64,000 nt of DNA, taken from the NCBI GenBank assembly GCA_009103225.1, contig RHPI01000810.1, positions 1,405,962 through 1,469,961 on the forward strand, in the 5' to 3' direction. Below the pieces are notes generated by a model. It made no database searches. It was given only the letters and a program-made list of their open reading frames with translations, and had not been told where the DNA came from. Below are positions 25,172 through 38,300 of the stretch, in pieces. The number at the start of each line of letters is the position of its first letter. Position 1 is the stretch's first letter. The translations under genes were made by a program, and so were the position numbers. This DNA is from Chlorokybus atmophyticus. Lineage: Eukaryota; Plantae; Mesostigma and Chlorokybus algae.

Positions 25172-25708
25172 ATGGACGGCGACACTGGGCGGCGGCGGAG
25201 CAGCACGGAGGAGGGCAAAGACAAGGACCAGGATAAGGAGAAGAGGAAGGGGCAGCTCAATGACGAGGAGCTGGTAATTAGGTACAGGCCGCCGCTGCAG
25301 GCTTTGAGGGTGCCAGTGGTGGTGAAAGAGGACCACAAGAATGACCAGGAGGAGGAAGTGGTGCTGGTGTTCAGGAGCAACGAGGAGCGGGAGGCCAGCA
25401 GGCAGGTTTGCGTGAGAACGGTGAGGGAGCGCTGCCTGGCGGGGGCCAGGGCGGGCTGCTCCGTCTCCGCCATGCGGGCATGCGGCCGCCCCTGGCTCGC
25501 CCGACTCTTCGGCGGCGCTGTCACCCAGCAGGAGGCGATTGAGCGAGACGCATGCGAAGCTCAGGCGCTGGATGACTGCATGGAGGCTGCAATGCCAGAC
25601 TGCCAGTACGGTTTCAGCAAGCAGTGCTCTACTTGCATGGCATGCTTTCTCCTGGCTTTGCTGCATGCAATCAGCAGCATGCCTGCTTGCAAGCAGGCAT
25701 GCTGCTGA
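25172..25708 (+). CDS. Cys-rich protein of unknown function with twin C-x7-C-x7-C-x7-C motifs (3' end may be spliced)
   Basis: ORF 25172..25708 with Cys at aa 80, 88, 96, 104 and 128, 136, 144, 152. It resembles my recollection of an uncharacterised plant family (YRPP...GARxGC...C.PW); not verified by search. Confidence 0.7.
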   Translation: MDGDTGRRRSSTEEGKDKDQDKEKRKGQLNDEELVIRYRPPLQALRVPVVVKEDHKNDQEEEVVLVFRSNEEREASRQVCVRTVRERCLAGARAGCSVSAMRACGRPWLARLFGGAVTQQEAIERDACEAQALDDCMEAAMPDCQYGFSKQCSTCMACFLLALLHAISSMPACKQACC

Positions 25709-28700
25709 TTGCTATCATGCCTGAGAGCTAGTAAGCAGTATTCTCTACATGCCTCGCACGCTTTCATAGAGTAGTTGTTTGGTTCAGCCGTTAATCACTG
25801 CATGCTTCCTCCTGAGCACATGCTGCGTATACTCAGCAGCCATACATGCGCGTTGCCGTTGCGCAACTAGGTTACATACATACATACACGAGGACTGTGC
25901 TTGCAAGCTGGTCGAAGCATGCCTAGACACTTGTCAACTCTCCAAGCTGTCGCTGCTGGAGTAATCTGCTGCGATCACACACACTGCGCTCTTCAACCTC
26001 ACAACTTGGTCATTGCCCTTTAACGGTTTTCTTCACAATGTGATTTGGCACACAGACAGCACTTGCCCAAGAAGTCAAGTCTTAGCAGAATGATCAACTG
26101 CAAAGCACTGCTGCAGCAGCCTCCCTTGCACCAGGAGTTGCTTACAACTTTTGGTACAAGCAACTGTGTACCAAACGTCACAGCCTTTCTTTGGCACAAG
26201 CAAGGCTGTAAGTTGCTTTGGTGCTAGCAAGCAGCTTACAGCAACACTTATGATTGGCGCATTTGCGTGCATGTTGTTATGCTGCTCAATTTTCCGCCAA
26301 TGTTGCACACACAGAGCGCACGCAGAGGAGACATGTGCGCGGGTCTATGATCATGCAAAGTATCTTACACCTAGCGGGCGCCTCTCCCTGTGACTGAAGT
26401 GCACAGCCAACCCATTAGGTCAACGCAGCAGCAAGCCCACACACCAGGTCCACAAGAGCAAGCAACAGAGGTGCCAAGCGCTTGGTATGGGGGTCCAAAG
26501 CATAAGCTATTGTTGCAATAAACAGTGGTTGCAGAGTTGTCATGCAATGCTAGAAGGCTGTACGTATGCATTACAGGGTTGAGCCAGCCCTTGTGCATGA
26601 ACCTTAGATGATGGTTGTTGTCATCCATCAACTTGCATTGCATTGCCTATGCATGCAGGTGATAGAGGAGCAGTTGGAACAGTGTGCTGCCTGTAGCTTC
26701 GGTTGACTGAGACCAGGAGAGGATCCTAACTGGAATAGTCAACATGCATGCCTTCTATCGGGTGTTGCCAAACATATGCATGGGAGTCCTGTTGGGCTGC
26801 GTTTGAGCGCACTGGGTGGTGTCACGTTACTGGCTACAGGCTACTACACAGGTATCCTAATAGTGCCTGCAACTTGGGCGCTATGCATGTTGAGGTAGAG
26901 ACATGTACTGACTGCTATGGCTAACGGGGTGTGGGTAGAGCAGGTCGTGAAGTTAGCTAGTGACAGTAGCCCGGTGGTCTGCATGAACGGTGTTGACTAC
27001 ATGTAAACATGATGCTGGGTCCATTGCATGTGTCATGCATGTGCATACGTGTTGCGCATTTTCTGCACACCAGGTCGCAACCATCACCACCCCTTACCCA
27101 GCTTGTGGTGGTCGTGAATGTGATGGTACAGCTGCTGTGCATTACGGCTGCAGTATGCGACTGCATATGCATGTGGTGTCATGGAATGAATCAGCAAAGT
27201 GCGTTCACAGACGTAGTGTGTTGAGCACCTTGTGCGCTCAGGTGTGTGCTCATTGGTGTAGCTATTCAGTATATCCTCTCAAATGCACGAGAAGGACGCA
27301 TGCTCTCACCTGATGTGGCACTGCTACACGTGAGCGAGTGTCAAATGTGGAGCGGCAACGATCGTCATGTGTTACATTTTCACGATTTTATGCAAAACAC
27401 CCTTCTCTTGATCGTACACATGTTGTTCTCCCTACACTCTGCAGGTTGACCAACTTCTACCCTGCCTGCTGCCCCACCCTGCTTGCTGCTGAATCGGCTT
27501 GAGGGTCTAAAGTCTAGTTGAGTTGGTGTTGTAGTAGTAAGTGTAACTCTACCTTGCCCCCACTTAGTCTTGTGTTTGCTTGCTTGTTGGCTTGTGCACG
27601 GTTTCTATTCTATACTTCGGAGTTTGCTACATGCAACTCTTATGTGTTATGTTGTTGATCGCGTACGGGGCATTGCGTCACAGGATGCAGCATGTAATGA
27701 TGAGATTGTTATATTCTGTAATACCAAAGTCATAATGTGTATGAAAGTAAGCATTGCAATGTTGCAATGTATATCATTTCAAGTTGCACACTCTGATCAA
27801 ATAAAAGCAGCAGCAACATACAGGCATTAAACCAGGGGTATGGAGGCTACACCATTTGGACGTTGCATAGACACGGATGGGAACGGCACCCGTAACTAAT
27901 TAACGTGGTGCCACATACATAATAACCCTCCTTGATTTTTGCGAGCTATTTGTCATCCAACCTTTATGTGTTCAAATGATCACAATCAAAGTATTGATGT
28001 AATATCAATTGAGCCCTTAACATCCAATTAATATTACGACCCAAGGTATATGCAGTGGCCGTCACCCACAACTCGTTAAACTTAACAAACAGTAATGAAT
28101 GTACGGTCACAATCGTAGTTGATGACAAAATGACGTAGTGATGGTCCATTGATAATGTCACTGATTAAAAGTTCGCTTGGCTACACAGGTATTGATTGTG
28201 CTAGCATGCATAGTGTAACTAGTTGATTGCAGTTGCAATTGTTCTAGTTGCAATGGTGTTATGCTTCGTTACTTGCTGTTTGCTAAAGTTGGTTGCAATG
28301 TGCGTGGTACCGTATGTGCTTGGCCCTTCAAATATTACCATATGCATGCCTCACTGACGGGGGTAGGTAGTAGGTAAGTAGGTAGGTGATAGCGAGCTCG
28401 GTGGTTGTAACAATGGTAATTGTACAGGCTTTTCAATATCTATAGTGTACATTGCATGCTTCTGCTTGGTGGCATGTCAGCGCGATTTTTGTGTGACCTT
28501 GAATGCACGAAATGCCGGATGCATATCTTATACGCACATGCACTTTATAGACTGCTGCTGTACCCGCAGTCATGAAATCGTTGAGCGATCTTACTATGTG
28601 GCGCGCAAGATCACTACAACATCAGCAACGGTCGCCATAGCCGCTTCATTGGCACTGCACAACAGCACTCCCCTCCGCCCCAACTCCTACCACTGCTGCT

Positions 28701-29367
28701 GCTCAACCTATTGTCTGACTGACACCTGTGCGCACATGTCCGTTCCACATGTACATCTTTCCGCCCTTGTGCGACAACACCCTCCCGCCCATAACACCTG
28801 ATGATAACACTGCACGCACGCACTATTAATATAAAGTCGTACTGCCAAGCCTGGCTGTGTTGACTGGGCATTGTGACTGTGTTTTTGTGTGTGAGCTCAC
28901 TTGTGCATCCTGCTTGTGTGATTGGAAAACCTATGCATCTCAGATAGGTAACATCTCTGGCAAGCTGCCAGCGGCAGCATGCAGCTTGGCACGGCCGAGG
29001 TCAGCCGGTCTGACTTCTCAATTCAACCGCTCGGCTACTACAGTAGTGTAGATGATAGCAGTGCGCCGCCTTACAGTTGCCGGTCACAACTTGCGAACCG
29101 ACCAAACATACAAACAATTCACTCACCAACGGCTACTCAATGCAACATTCTGACCAAACTCGATTTATTGCAGCAGCTGAACTCAATACATTGTAATGCC
29201 AGTCAAGCGGCGACCATCACGTGATGCGTAACCGCTTTCTTGACGCAGCTCTTGTCGGCCGAAGTGCGTATAGACCTGCCAGGTGGCGGTGGCGGCGGCG
29301 GCAGCGGGCCGTGCCGCCGCCAGGGGGTCCGGGATGAGAGCGGGGTGAGGAGCGCGGTGTGACGGCG

Positions 29368-32300
29368 ATGGGACCGCCGCCGCGTGGCCGCACGCCGCCT
29401 GGCGCCAGGCGGCGTGGCGGTGGTGGAAGCAGGTGGGACGAGCACAGGGTCAGATCCTAATCAGGGTTTGACCTTTGCGCTTTTTCTGCTCCTCTCCTTG
29501 CCCGTTACATCCTGAACACACGCTAATATGTCGTGTCTTCACGAAACAAACATACTTACCTCAATAAAACTATCAACTCTTTTAGTTATAAATGCTTTCA
29601 CGACAGTTTCTTGACGAGTGCTGCGGTGGGTTGGTCATCCGCACACGACATGTTCTTTTGGGCAGAGTGGCACTCACGAAAATGGGAAAAACTTTTTCTG
29701 TTGTGATTGACTGAATGCAGTGCAGATGATGTCTAAATTTCAGTTGCAGTAGCTGCTAGTTGTAAGTCAGCGCACGCCCCTAACTGCAAGCATAGTAGTT
29801 TTCTTCTTATGGCACTCAAGTTAGAGGCTTTGTGCATGGAGTGCAGCAATTGCAAACGCAGTGCAGCAATTGCACACAACAGTCGACAACAGCAGCACTT
29901 ACTGAATTTGTTTGCACATGCAGTGCACCCACAAGAATACCGAGCAGAAGCCCCATACGCATCCGACTACCTTTTGATAATGAGGTAACGCACTTTACAC
30001 CTTGGATTACATGAGACACCCAACAACGTGTACTCACCCATCCTGACACACACATACAAACGTATGCGCACACCTTCACTGCAATCCAGCATGCATGCAC
30101 ACATCTCGCACGTGCTCTCGCAAATACGCAGACGCAAGCGCACACACAGGCGCGCACATGCGCGCGCCCATATGCACGCACACATGTGCGTATCCTTGCA
30201 CATTCGCAGACACGCGTGCGCGCACATGCACATACACAACAACAAAATTCTGCATGCATGCAGCCTCCCACACGCGACACGTCCACGCCACGACCCATGT
30301 CCTCCCCTTCATCCATACGCGTTCCGCGCTCTCTGGCGCCTGGCGAGGCAGCGGACGAAGAGGGTAAGAGATGTACACCAACTTACAAATGTTGGAAGAG
30401 GGTGTCAGGAGCTCATTCTGGTTGTTCGTGTTGTGTGTGTGTGTGTAGATATCAAGTTGGTATGCGAGATTATCAGACTGGCAGAACGCATGGCTGAGGC
30501 GGAAGCCTTGCCAAGACGCCGGCCAGCACAGGTCTTTTTTCTTTTTGTGTGGTCACATTGTGCTGGTGTGACTCACTCACAACGTACCAACTACACATAC
30601 ACTTACGTATGCAGGTCACCCTCTCAATTGTGTTGCGAGCATACGACAGTGTGTTGAAGTCACATGGGCTGGTAAGGAAGAATAAAGGCGTTAAGTGTAC
30701 TGATGTTCAAGCAGCATTGCAGCAGTTGTCAAAGTTTACTGATGGTGGTTTTGCTGTATCCTTGTTCTTGTGACGTTGATCAGGTGCCTGCAGAAGACAC
30801 GCGCTTCTATCGATATCTCCTCCGCCTTTGCATGGACCCTGAGCCTGATTGGTGGCGCAAGTTGAAGAACGCACGCAGCGTATGTGCAATTCCAACTTTG
30901 TTGCATGTACAAATGCTCGTCTTGTTGTGTTGAGGTCGTTCATGTGTGCTTATGTCTATGTGTGTAGAGTTCACGCTCTCGGCCGGGGACATCGTGTTCG
31001 GAAAGGCCGATATCAAACTGGCAGCAGCGCGGTGTGAATGCCAGCCTCGTGCTGCCGGTAACGTCGATATCGGTTGCACATGAGGGAGATGCCGGCAGCT
31101 GTGTCGATCTCGGGGGTCACGAGCAGGAGTATATGCAGTTCAAGTTGGTGGCCATGTTGTTCCGCAAGTGGCGAAGGTGGGGAAGTACATGTGTGCACAT
31201 GGCACGTGGGTGCGCGACCGTGCGTGCGTGCGTGCGTGCGTGCGCGTGCTCGTGCATGCTCCCATGCGTGTGTGTATGTGTGCATGCACATGCGTGTATT
31301 GGCGTGCGTGTGTGGATGTTCAAGACTACATGAAGACATACTCATCTGGTGGACTTGTGTGTCTACTTCTGCCTGCAGGCGGGCGCACGAGGCCGGTGCG
31401 TTCCGTGTCGCCGCTGCCCACTTTACCAACACGACGCTCTCGCATGCATTCCCGCGCTGGCGTCTCCACGCACGCACCCAACTCCTCCGCGCCCTCTTAC
31501 ACTGGGGCAGGTCAGACATCGTGTTGTCATGGTTTGGCCAAGAGCATATGCGTGTGTAGTGTGTATTTGACACAACATGCCCACAGTCGCACGCTCAAGT
31601 TGACCTTCCACACATGGCGAGTGTATACCAGAGTGGTAGTCACAGCACGAGTCAACGCATACCAATGGCGCGCGAAAGGGCTCGCCACGCGTGCGTGGGA
31701 CACGTGGCACGCGCGCATGCAACAACAAAAGGTACTGTTGTTGTTGTTGTTGTTGTTGTAAGCCAGCAACTCATAGCCTTTGCAATAGAGAGTGGCGAGT
31801 GACACGCGCAAGGCTTTAGCGCATTGGCAAGAGCGCGTCACGGCAGCCTCATTCCAACGTTGGCGCGGGTGCGCGCGGGGCTACTCGAAGCGCGTGTCCT
31901 CTGTCATGGTACACATACACACATTGACAACATACACACGCACAAGCACACCACGAGTTGCAAACTTCACATCGCACTGGTCTGCGTGTGATTGTGACAT
32001 TATCCCAGGCACACATGAGGCATGCACGGAAGAGAAGGTGGTTGAGAACGTGGAGGCGGACGGCTTCTGCACTGCGTGCTCGCAACTCGCGCGCTGAAGA
32101 AGTGGTAAGCATAGCATTGTACTGTTGTATAGTCTTTGGTCACGACTACAGTTGGTCACTATTGTGTCGTATTGTGTGCGCATCAGAGAAAGAGGCGCAC
32201 CAGACGGCTGCGCAAGCATTGCCTTCGGACATGGCGCGCATGGTGAGTGTATGTGTGACTTGTGTTTGTGACTTGTGTATGTAACTTACCCATCCAATGT

Positions 32301-35300
32301 TGTTGTCTCTGTGCTGCAGGTGCGTGCGACGCACGTGGCTAAATGACACGCTTGAGGCGTGCGAGCACGTCCGCTATCAGAACACCTTGCAATGCGCTAT
32401 GCACGGTACGTTTGAACACTGGCATGCATTGTTGTGTGCTGGTGTGTGTGTTTTGACGTTGTGTGTCCTTGGTCAGCGCAGGCTGGCAGCGCGTGACTCG
32501 CACTCGTATTGCAAACACAGAACGTGTACACGCCATGCGAGTGAGCAGCGCAATGCGCCTAGCCAAGTCTTTCCTTCAACACTGGCAGGCAAGCTGTTGT
32601 CATTGTTGTTGTTGTGGATTGTGCAAGTCACCTTTGCGTGCAAGCAACATGTTGGCTTACGTACCTTTCTTGTATCAGGCTTACCGAACTCGCATGGAAA
32701 GGCTGAAAGAAGTTGGATTTGTGGCGGCGAGGCGGCTGCGGTCGTTTGCGATGGCGAGGGCGTTCGCCACGTGGCGCACGTGGGTGGGATGCCGACAGGA
32801 CGCGCGGGTGCGGGCGCGTGAGTGCGCCCTCGCTGTCTTGAAAGGGTAAGACACATTGCGTGTGCGTGTGCATATCTTTGTGAAACAACTTTGCATGGAG
32901 GCATGTTGTGTTCACCCTCACACCTGCCTTTTATGTGCCTTGCGTGTGTTGTGGTTGGCAGCGTAAAGAGGCGGTGTTTCCTTGGGTGGAAGGACACGGT
33001 TGCAAGAAAACAGCAGCTGCGGGAGGTTGCGGTTGAAGTTGTCGGCCTCATGCATACGCATGCACGCCGACGGTAAGCACCCGGCCTAGACTCACACGCA
33101 ATTACTCTTGTTGTGTGGTGATCAATCAATCACGTGACACGCACAACATGCGACGTGACAGGTTCTTCGAGTGGTGGGTGCAGCGCACACAACACCGAAT
33201 CGCCATCCGCAATGTACGCAACACATTGTGTGCATGTGGTAGTGCCACTCGAGTCGCCAACAACAAATCTCACCTGTTGTCATGCTTGCTCTCAGATCCT
33301 TGCACAGTGGCGCTCGGAGCGTCTCCGCCTCCTTCTCTCCAACACATGCGAGGCTTGGAGCACCTTTGCACACACGCGCTCCCGCAGACAGGTACATATT
33401 GTTGTTACTTGGGTCAGTTTGTTTGCTTGTTGGAGTTACCAATGAGTGTTGCATGCTGTTGTACCTGCTGATGGGTTGTTCATGTCGTCTCGCAACAACA
33501 GGCACTGCTTGAGGGATTTGTCACTGCCAAGAATGCGCGAGTGTGCAAAGTTGTGATGGAGTCGATGTATCTGCACGCGACGGTGAGTAAGACAACACAT
33601 CAATGTCGGCGCGGTTGGCATGTTGCAGGGTCCTCACGATGTCATTAAACATCATTGTGTGTACTCGTGCAGGAGAGGCGGCGCAAGAAGAGGTTGATGC
33701 AGAGGGCGCTCAAGCTTTTGGTCCTGCTGAGCATGAGCAAAGCGTTCCGGCGATGGCAAGCACTCCAACTGCAAAGGTACAGCGTGTTGGACGGGTCACA
33801 ATCATCATGGGCGAGTGCATGCAAGTGTGCGCGTGGGTGCGTGTTTGTAGTGTGACGGCTTATTTGGTATCCAGGAATCGTCTTCGGTTGTTGTTCAACC
33901 AACTGAACGGCAAGACCTCCATTCGTACAGCTGCGGTCACGTTCTCCCGTTGGCGTGCCGGCGCGTGTGTCTGCACCCGCACGCGCGTTCAGAAGGCACG
34001 CGCCGATGCGCACCGACTGCGCAAGATCGGTCCCGTGTTGATGTCGATGTGGCGCGAGTACATGCGCGAGCGACAACGCGAAGGAGGGCTCGTGGCGAAA
34101 GGACTCGAGGCGTGGGGGAAGTATGCGGAGAGAAGGTGTTTCCAACGCTGGCGAGACTTCACACACCACTACAAGGTGCATGCTAGAGCTCGTTTTTGTG
34201 CATCTGCACACATACTCTTACACACGATCGTGTATGTTGTCGCAACAAATACCCCATGAAGCTCCATGCGTACACCCATACTTGTACATCTGTTCAACAA
34301 GCAGGCACAGGTCAACACACGTGCATAATGCATCCTGTTTGGACACATTGCGTTGGACATCGTGCACGAAACTCATGCTCCATTCCCACACTCATTGCAA
34401 AGCGATTCTTCTCATCTGTGTGCAGGTGGAAGGTGCCAAAGTCCGCCACGTCGCCGCGATGTGGCACCGGCGCTTTGCGGTCTCTGCGTTCGAGCGCTGG
34501 CGCGACTTCACCGCGGAGTCAACCGACGCCAAGGATCGCATGGCCGTCGTACTGCTGCGCATGCAGAATCGCACCGCTGTCAGAGCCTTCAACGAATGGG
34601 CCTGGTACACACACAACATCGTGTTGTGTGTGTGCGTGTGTGCATTCCTGCGCAGTTGTTTGTATGGGGTGGGGGAGATGCATGCGTGTGCGTATACATG
34701 CATGCATGTGCACGTGTGCGTGCGCGTGTGCATGTGCGTGTGCGTATGTGCGTGCGTTCATGTACGTGTGCATCTGCGTGCGCGTGCGTCTGCACGCTTA
34801 CGCACGTGCAAGTGCGAGTGTATAGTGTGTAGACAAACAAATTAAAGTAGAAAGTTCTCATCAGGTTTGTGGAGTACCGACTAGGCAAGCGGGCTCAGTA
34901 CGCGATGGTGGACGATCGTCGTCGCGCACGTGTGATGTCATCCTCCCTTCGCGGTTGGCATGCCGCCGTGGTGCGTATAGCCCGCTACCGTGGCGTGATT
35001 ACTGCTCTCGCGGCCACTCGCCGCCGCCACCTACTCTCGCTCCTGCTGCCGTTCTGGCGACGGCATGCGAGGTGGGATGGTGTTAAAAGAAGGGTAGTGC
35101 CGCTCGCAATGGCGATATTCGCGAGAAGCGCAGGGAGGAGAGCGCTCGAAGCCCTCCGCGAACACGCCATCAAATGGTGAGTCACTGCATGTGTTGTGCA
35201 TACACACGGTGTTGAAGGAGGCGCATCACATCAACAGACAATACCGCTTGATCAAGTACTTGCATGCCCAGCAGCTGGCATTGTGTGTTGGGGTTGGAAG

Positions 35301-38300
35301 GCTTGAATACAGGGGAGTTGGTGTATGTTGGGTTGTGCGCGCGCGCGCGTATGTGTGTGTGTGTGTGTGTGTGTGTGGTATCCGTAACGCTGTTGGTGTG
35401 TGCAGTCGGCTCAGACACCGTGCATGCCAGTTCTGGCTACAGCATTCCGTGCGTGGGATGTTGCGCCATTGGCGATCAAGCGCTCGGCGTAGTGTGCAGC
35501 TCAAGCTCGTTGTTGGCCGCTTGATGCAGAAGGTGTGTACCCGTCGTCAAGACAAAACATGTTCTGCTCTCATTGTTGACACACATTCACCCTGCATACC
35601 TGTGCCAGGTGGAAAGGAGAGAGAAGGCGAGTGCGTTGGCGTGTTGGCGTGTTGGTGCGGGCGTTGTGATGGAGAGGCGAGCAGTGATGTTGACAGCGTT
35701 GCGGCATTGGGCGATGGCGTGCCAACGTCGTTGCTTGAAACAATGGCGTGAGTACATCTCCTCTCAACGCAGCAAAGAGTCCCGCACCTTATCAGCACTC
35801 AAGTTGTGGAGCGCCCACTCGCAAAGGGCGTGTTTCAACACGTGGAAGGCGCATGTTGGATTGCGAAGAGTTGAAAGCCGCGCACTCGATGGACGGCGTG
35901 TCCACATTATGAGGCGAGCGTATCTATGTTGGAGCGAGTTTGTCCTTGCGAGGGCAACAAAGCATGCGGGGCTTGCGCGTGCACATCATCATCGAACCCA
36001 CGCTGTGTTACGCCGAGTGTTGTCAATGTGGCGGACCCGTGCAATGCGTCAAAATGCGTTGAGACAACGGCTCAGCATGCGTCTGGCGTTTGTGTCACGC
36101 CGGTGGCAAATGTCCACATATTTGGCTTGGAAGCACTTTGTCACGCTGCGTCGACACAAGAACGCGCAAGCCAACTGTGCGCGCGCAGCGTGGGCACGTC
36201 GCACGTGCGGGAGAGTTGTGAGAGCATGGCAAGCGCACACCAACGCATGTCGCCGGGCAATGAGACACAACAACAACAAGCGGCTCACGTTGTGCGTGCG
36301 TAGCTGGCAGCACTTCACTGCCGTGCGCAGATACAACAACGCGCTGCGCACGCGTGCATCAAAGTACCACTCACGCCAGTACATGCGGCACGCGATGCAC
36401 GCGTGGCGCCAACGCGTGTACCTCGCACGCCACATCAAGCGCTGCGTGCTCCGCATCATCAACGTCACGCTGGGGAGAGCGTTTGCGCGTTGGGTTTCCC
36501 ATGCGCGTGAGCGTAAGGCACTGCGTGACCACGCTTGCATTGTTGTCAGGCGCTGGAGCGCACTTCCGCTTGCTCAAGCGTTTCATACATGGCGAGACAA
36601 CATGCATGAGTAAGTTGTTGTTGTGTATCTAGTCTAGTGTCCCATGTGCACACGTCAATGTGCATAGTGTGTTACGCCACATCGCTAACTCTTGCATGTG
36701 TGATTGCAGTCGCATCACCGCCACGTACTTGGTGAGCAAGAGTCTTCACTGCTGGGTACACAACAACACGGTACACAGCAACACACACTCTCGGTCACGC
36801 ATATATGTGTACACGCCATTCGCGGTGTTACTCACATGCTCTGTTGCATGCAGCTCCCAGCGTTTCAGCAATGGCGTGCATACGCAACAGACCGTGCGCA
36901 CGCACGCCAAGTTGTCAGCCACGTCATCTGGCGTTGGCAGCACAAGTTGCTCACGGGTGTGATGCATGTGTGGCGTGCCCACGCGCGCGTGCGTGCGGAG
37001 CAGAAAGCACACCTTCGCGCCGTGATGATGCGTTGGGTCTTGATGGACCTCGCGCACGCGTTCGCAGCGTTGAAAGCCACGTGGCTTGCACGTAAGGCCG
37101 CACGCGCGTGTATTGGATGGATCGTCGCACCCGCACGAGCAGCAGCATTCCACACGTGGCGAGATGGCGTGCAAGAGTCCATGCGTGTGAGGCGAGTGGT
37201 GAAGTGTGCGGTGTATAGGTGGCAACACCCTAATGCTGCGGCTGCGTTCAACACGTGGCGTGTACGCGTCGATGAACAAGCTTACAATCGCTGCGTACTT
37301 GAACGCGCCGTACGCGAATGGATGGTATGAATGCACACAGGTTCCAACTTCTTACGCACATGCACACGCACGCGCACATTGACATACTTACAAATGCGTG
37401 CACCCACGCACACGTTTGTATGCGCACCCACATGAGCATGTATGTGCACGTGCGCATGCACAGACTGTACATGCGCACACACGCGCACGCACGTACGTGC
37501 ACGCCCTGACTTACCCAACAAACCCTGACTGGGTCCCCCTTCCACACAGTTTCCAGCCCGTGCCTCTGCCTTCTTCCGCTGGCGCCTGTCTGTCTCCCGC
37601 TCGCGTTCAGTGCGTGCGTGCGCCGCATCAGCTTTGCAACGCTGGCGTCAGATCACGCAGATCGTGGCCTTTGGAAGATGGAAGGAGCGCACGCAGGAGG
37701 CGAAACGAGTGAGGGAGACGGCGAGAGGATGCGTGGCGGCGTGGCAGAAGCCAGAAGTGGCCAAGGTGAGGGGAGCGTTGTTGTTTTTATCGTCTTTGTT
37801 GTTGTTGTTCTGTTGGTGTTGTTGTTCTGGTCATCATCGTTGTTGTCAGCCTGCACAATTACATCAGACACAACCACCACCACAATATTGCGGAGCATTG
37901 TCGTTGTATTTGTTGTTCTTGGGGTTTTGGTGTCTCAACTGTTTTCCCACAACAAATTCGCTTGTTCATTACCAGTCTAGCCTGAAGCTTGACTCTTGTC
38001 ACCACTTAGGCCCTGCGCACATGGCGTGCCTTCCCTCCCCTTCTCCACGCCCTCCGTCTCGCTCTCCACCGTTGGCGTGTTGGCCCTTCCCTCTCTTCCG
38101 CCTTCTCCCGCTGGTCCACTTTCACCACAGAGCGCGTGCGTGCCGTTACGTTGGCTGCGCGAGTTTTGTCGGCCTGGACCAACGCGCCCGCCGCGAGGGC
38201 GTACAGGACGTGGGCGACCAACGTGGAGTGGAGGAGGGAGAGGAGGGAGGTCGGGGCGAAGGTGGTGAGGAGGTGGAGGGCGGGGGAGGTGGCGAAGGCG

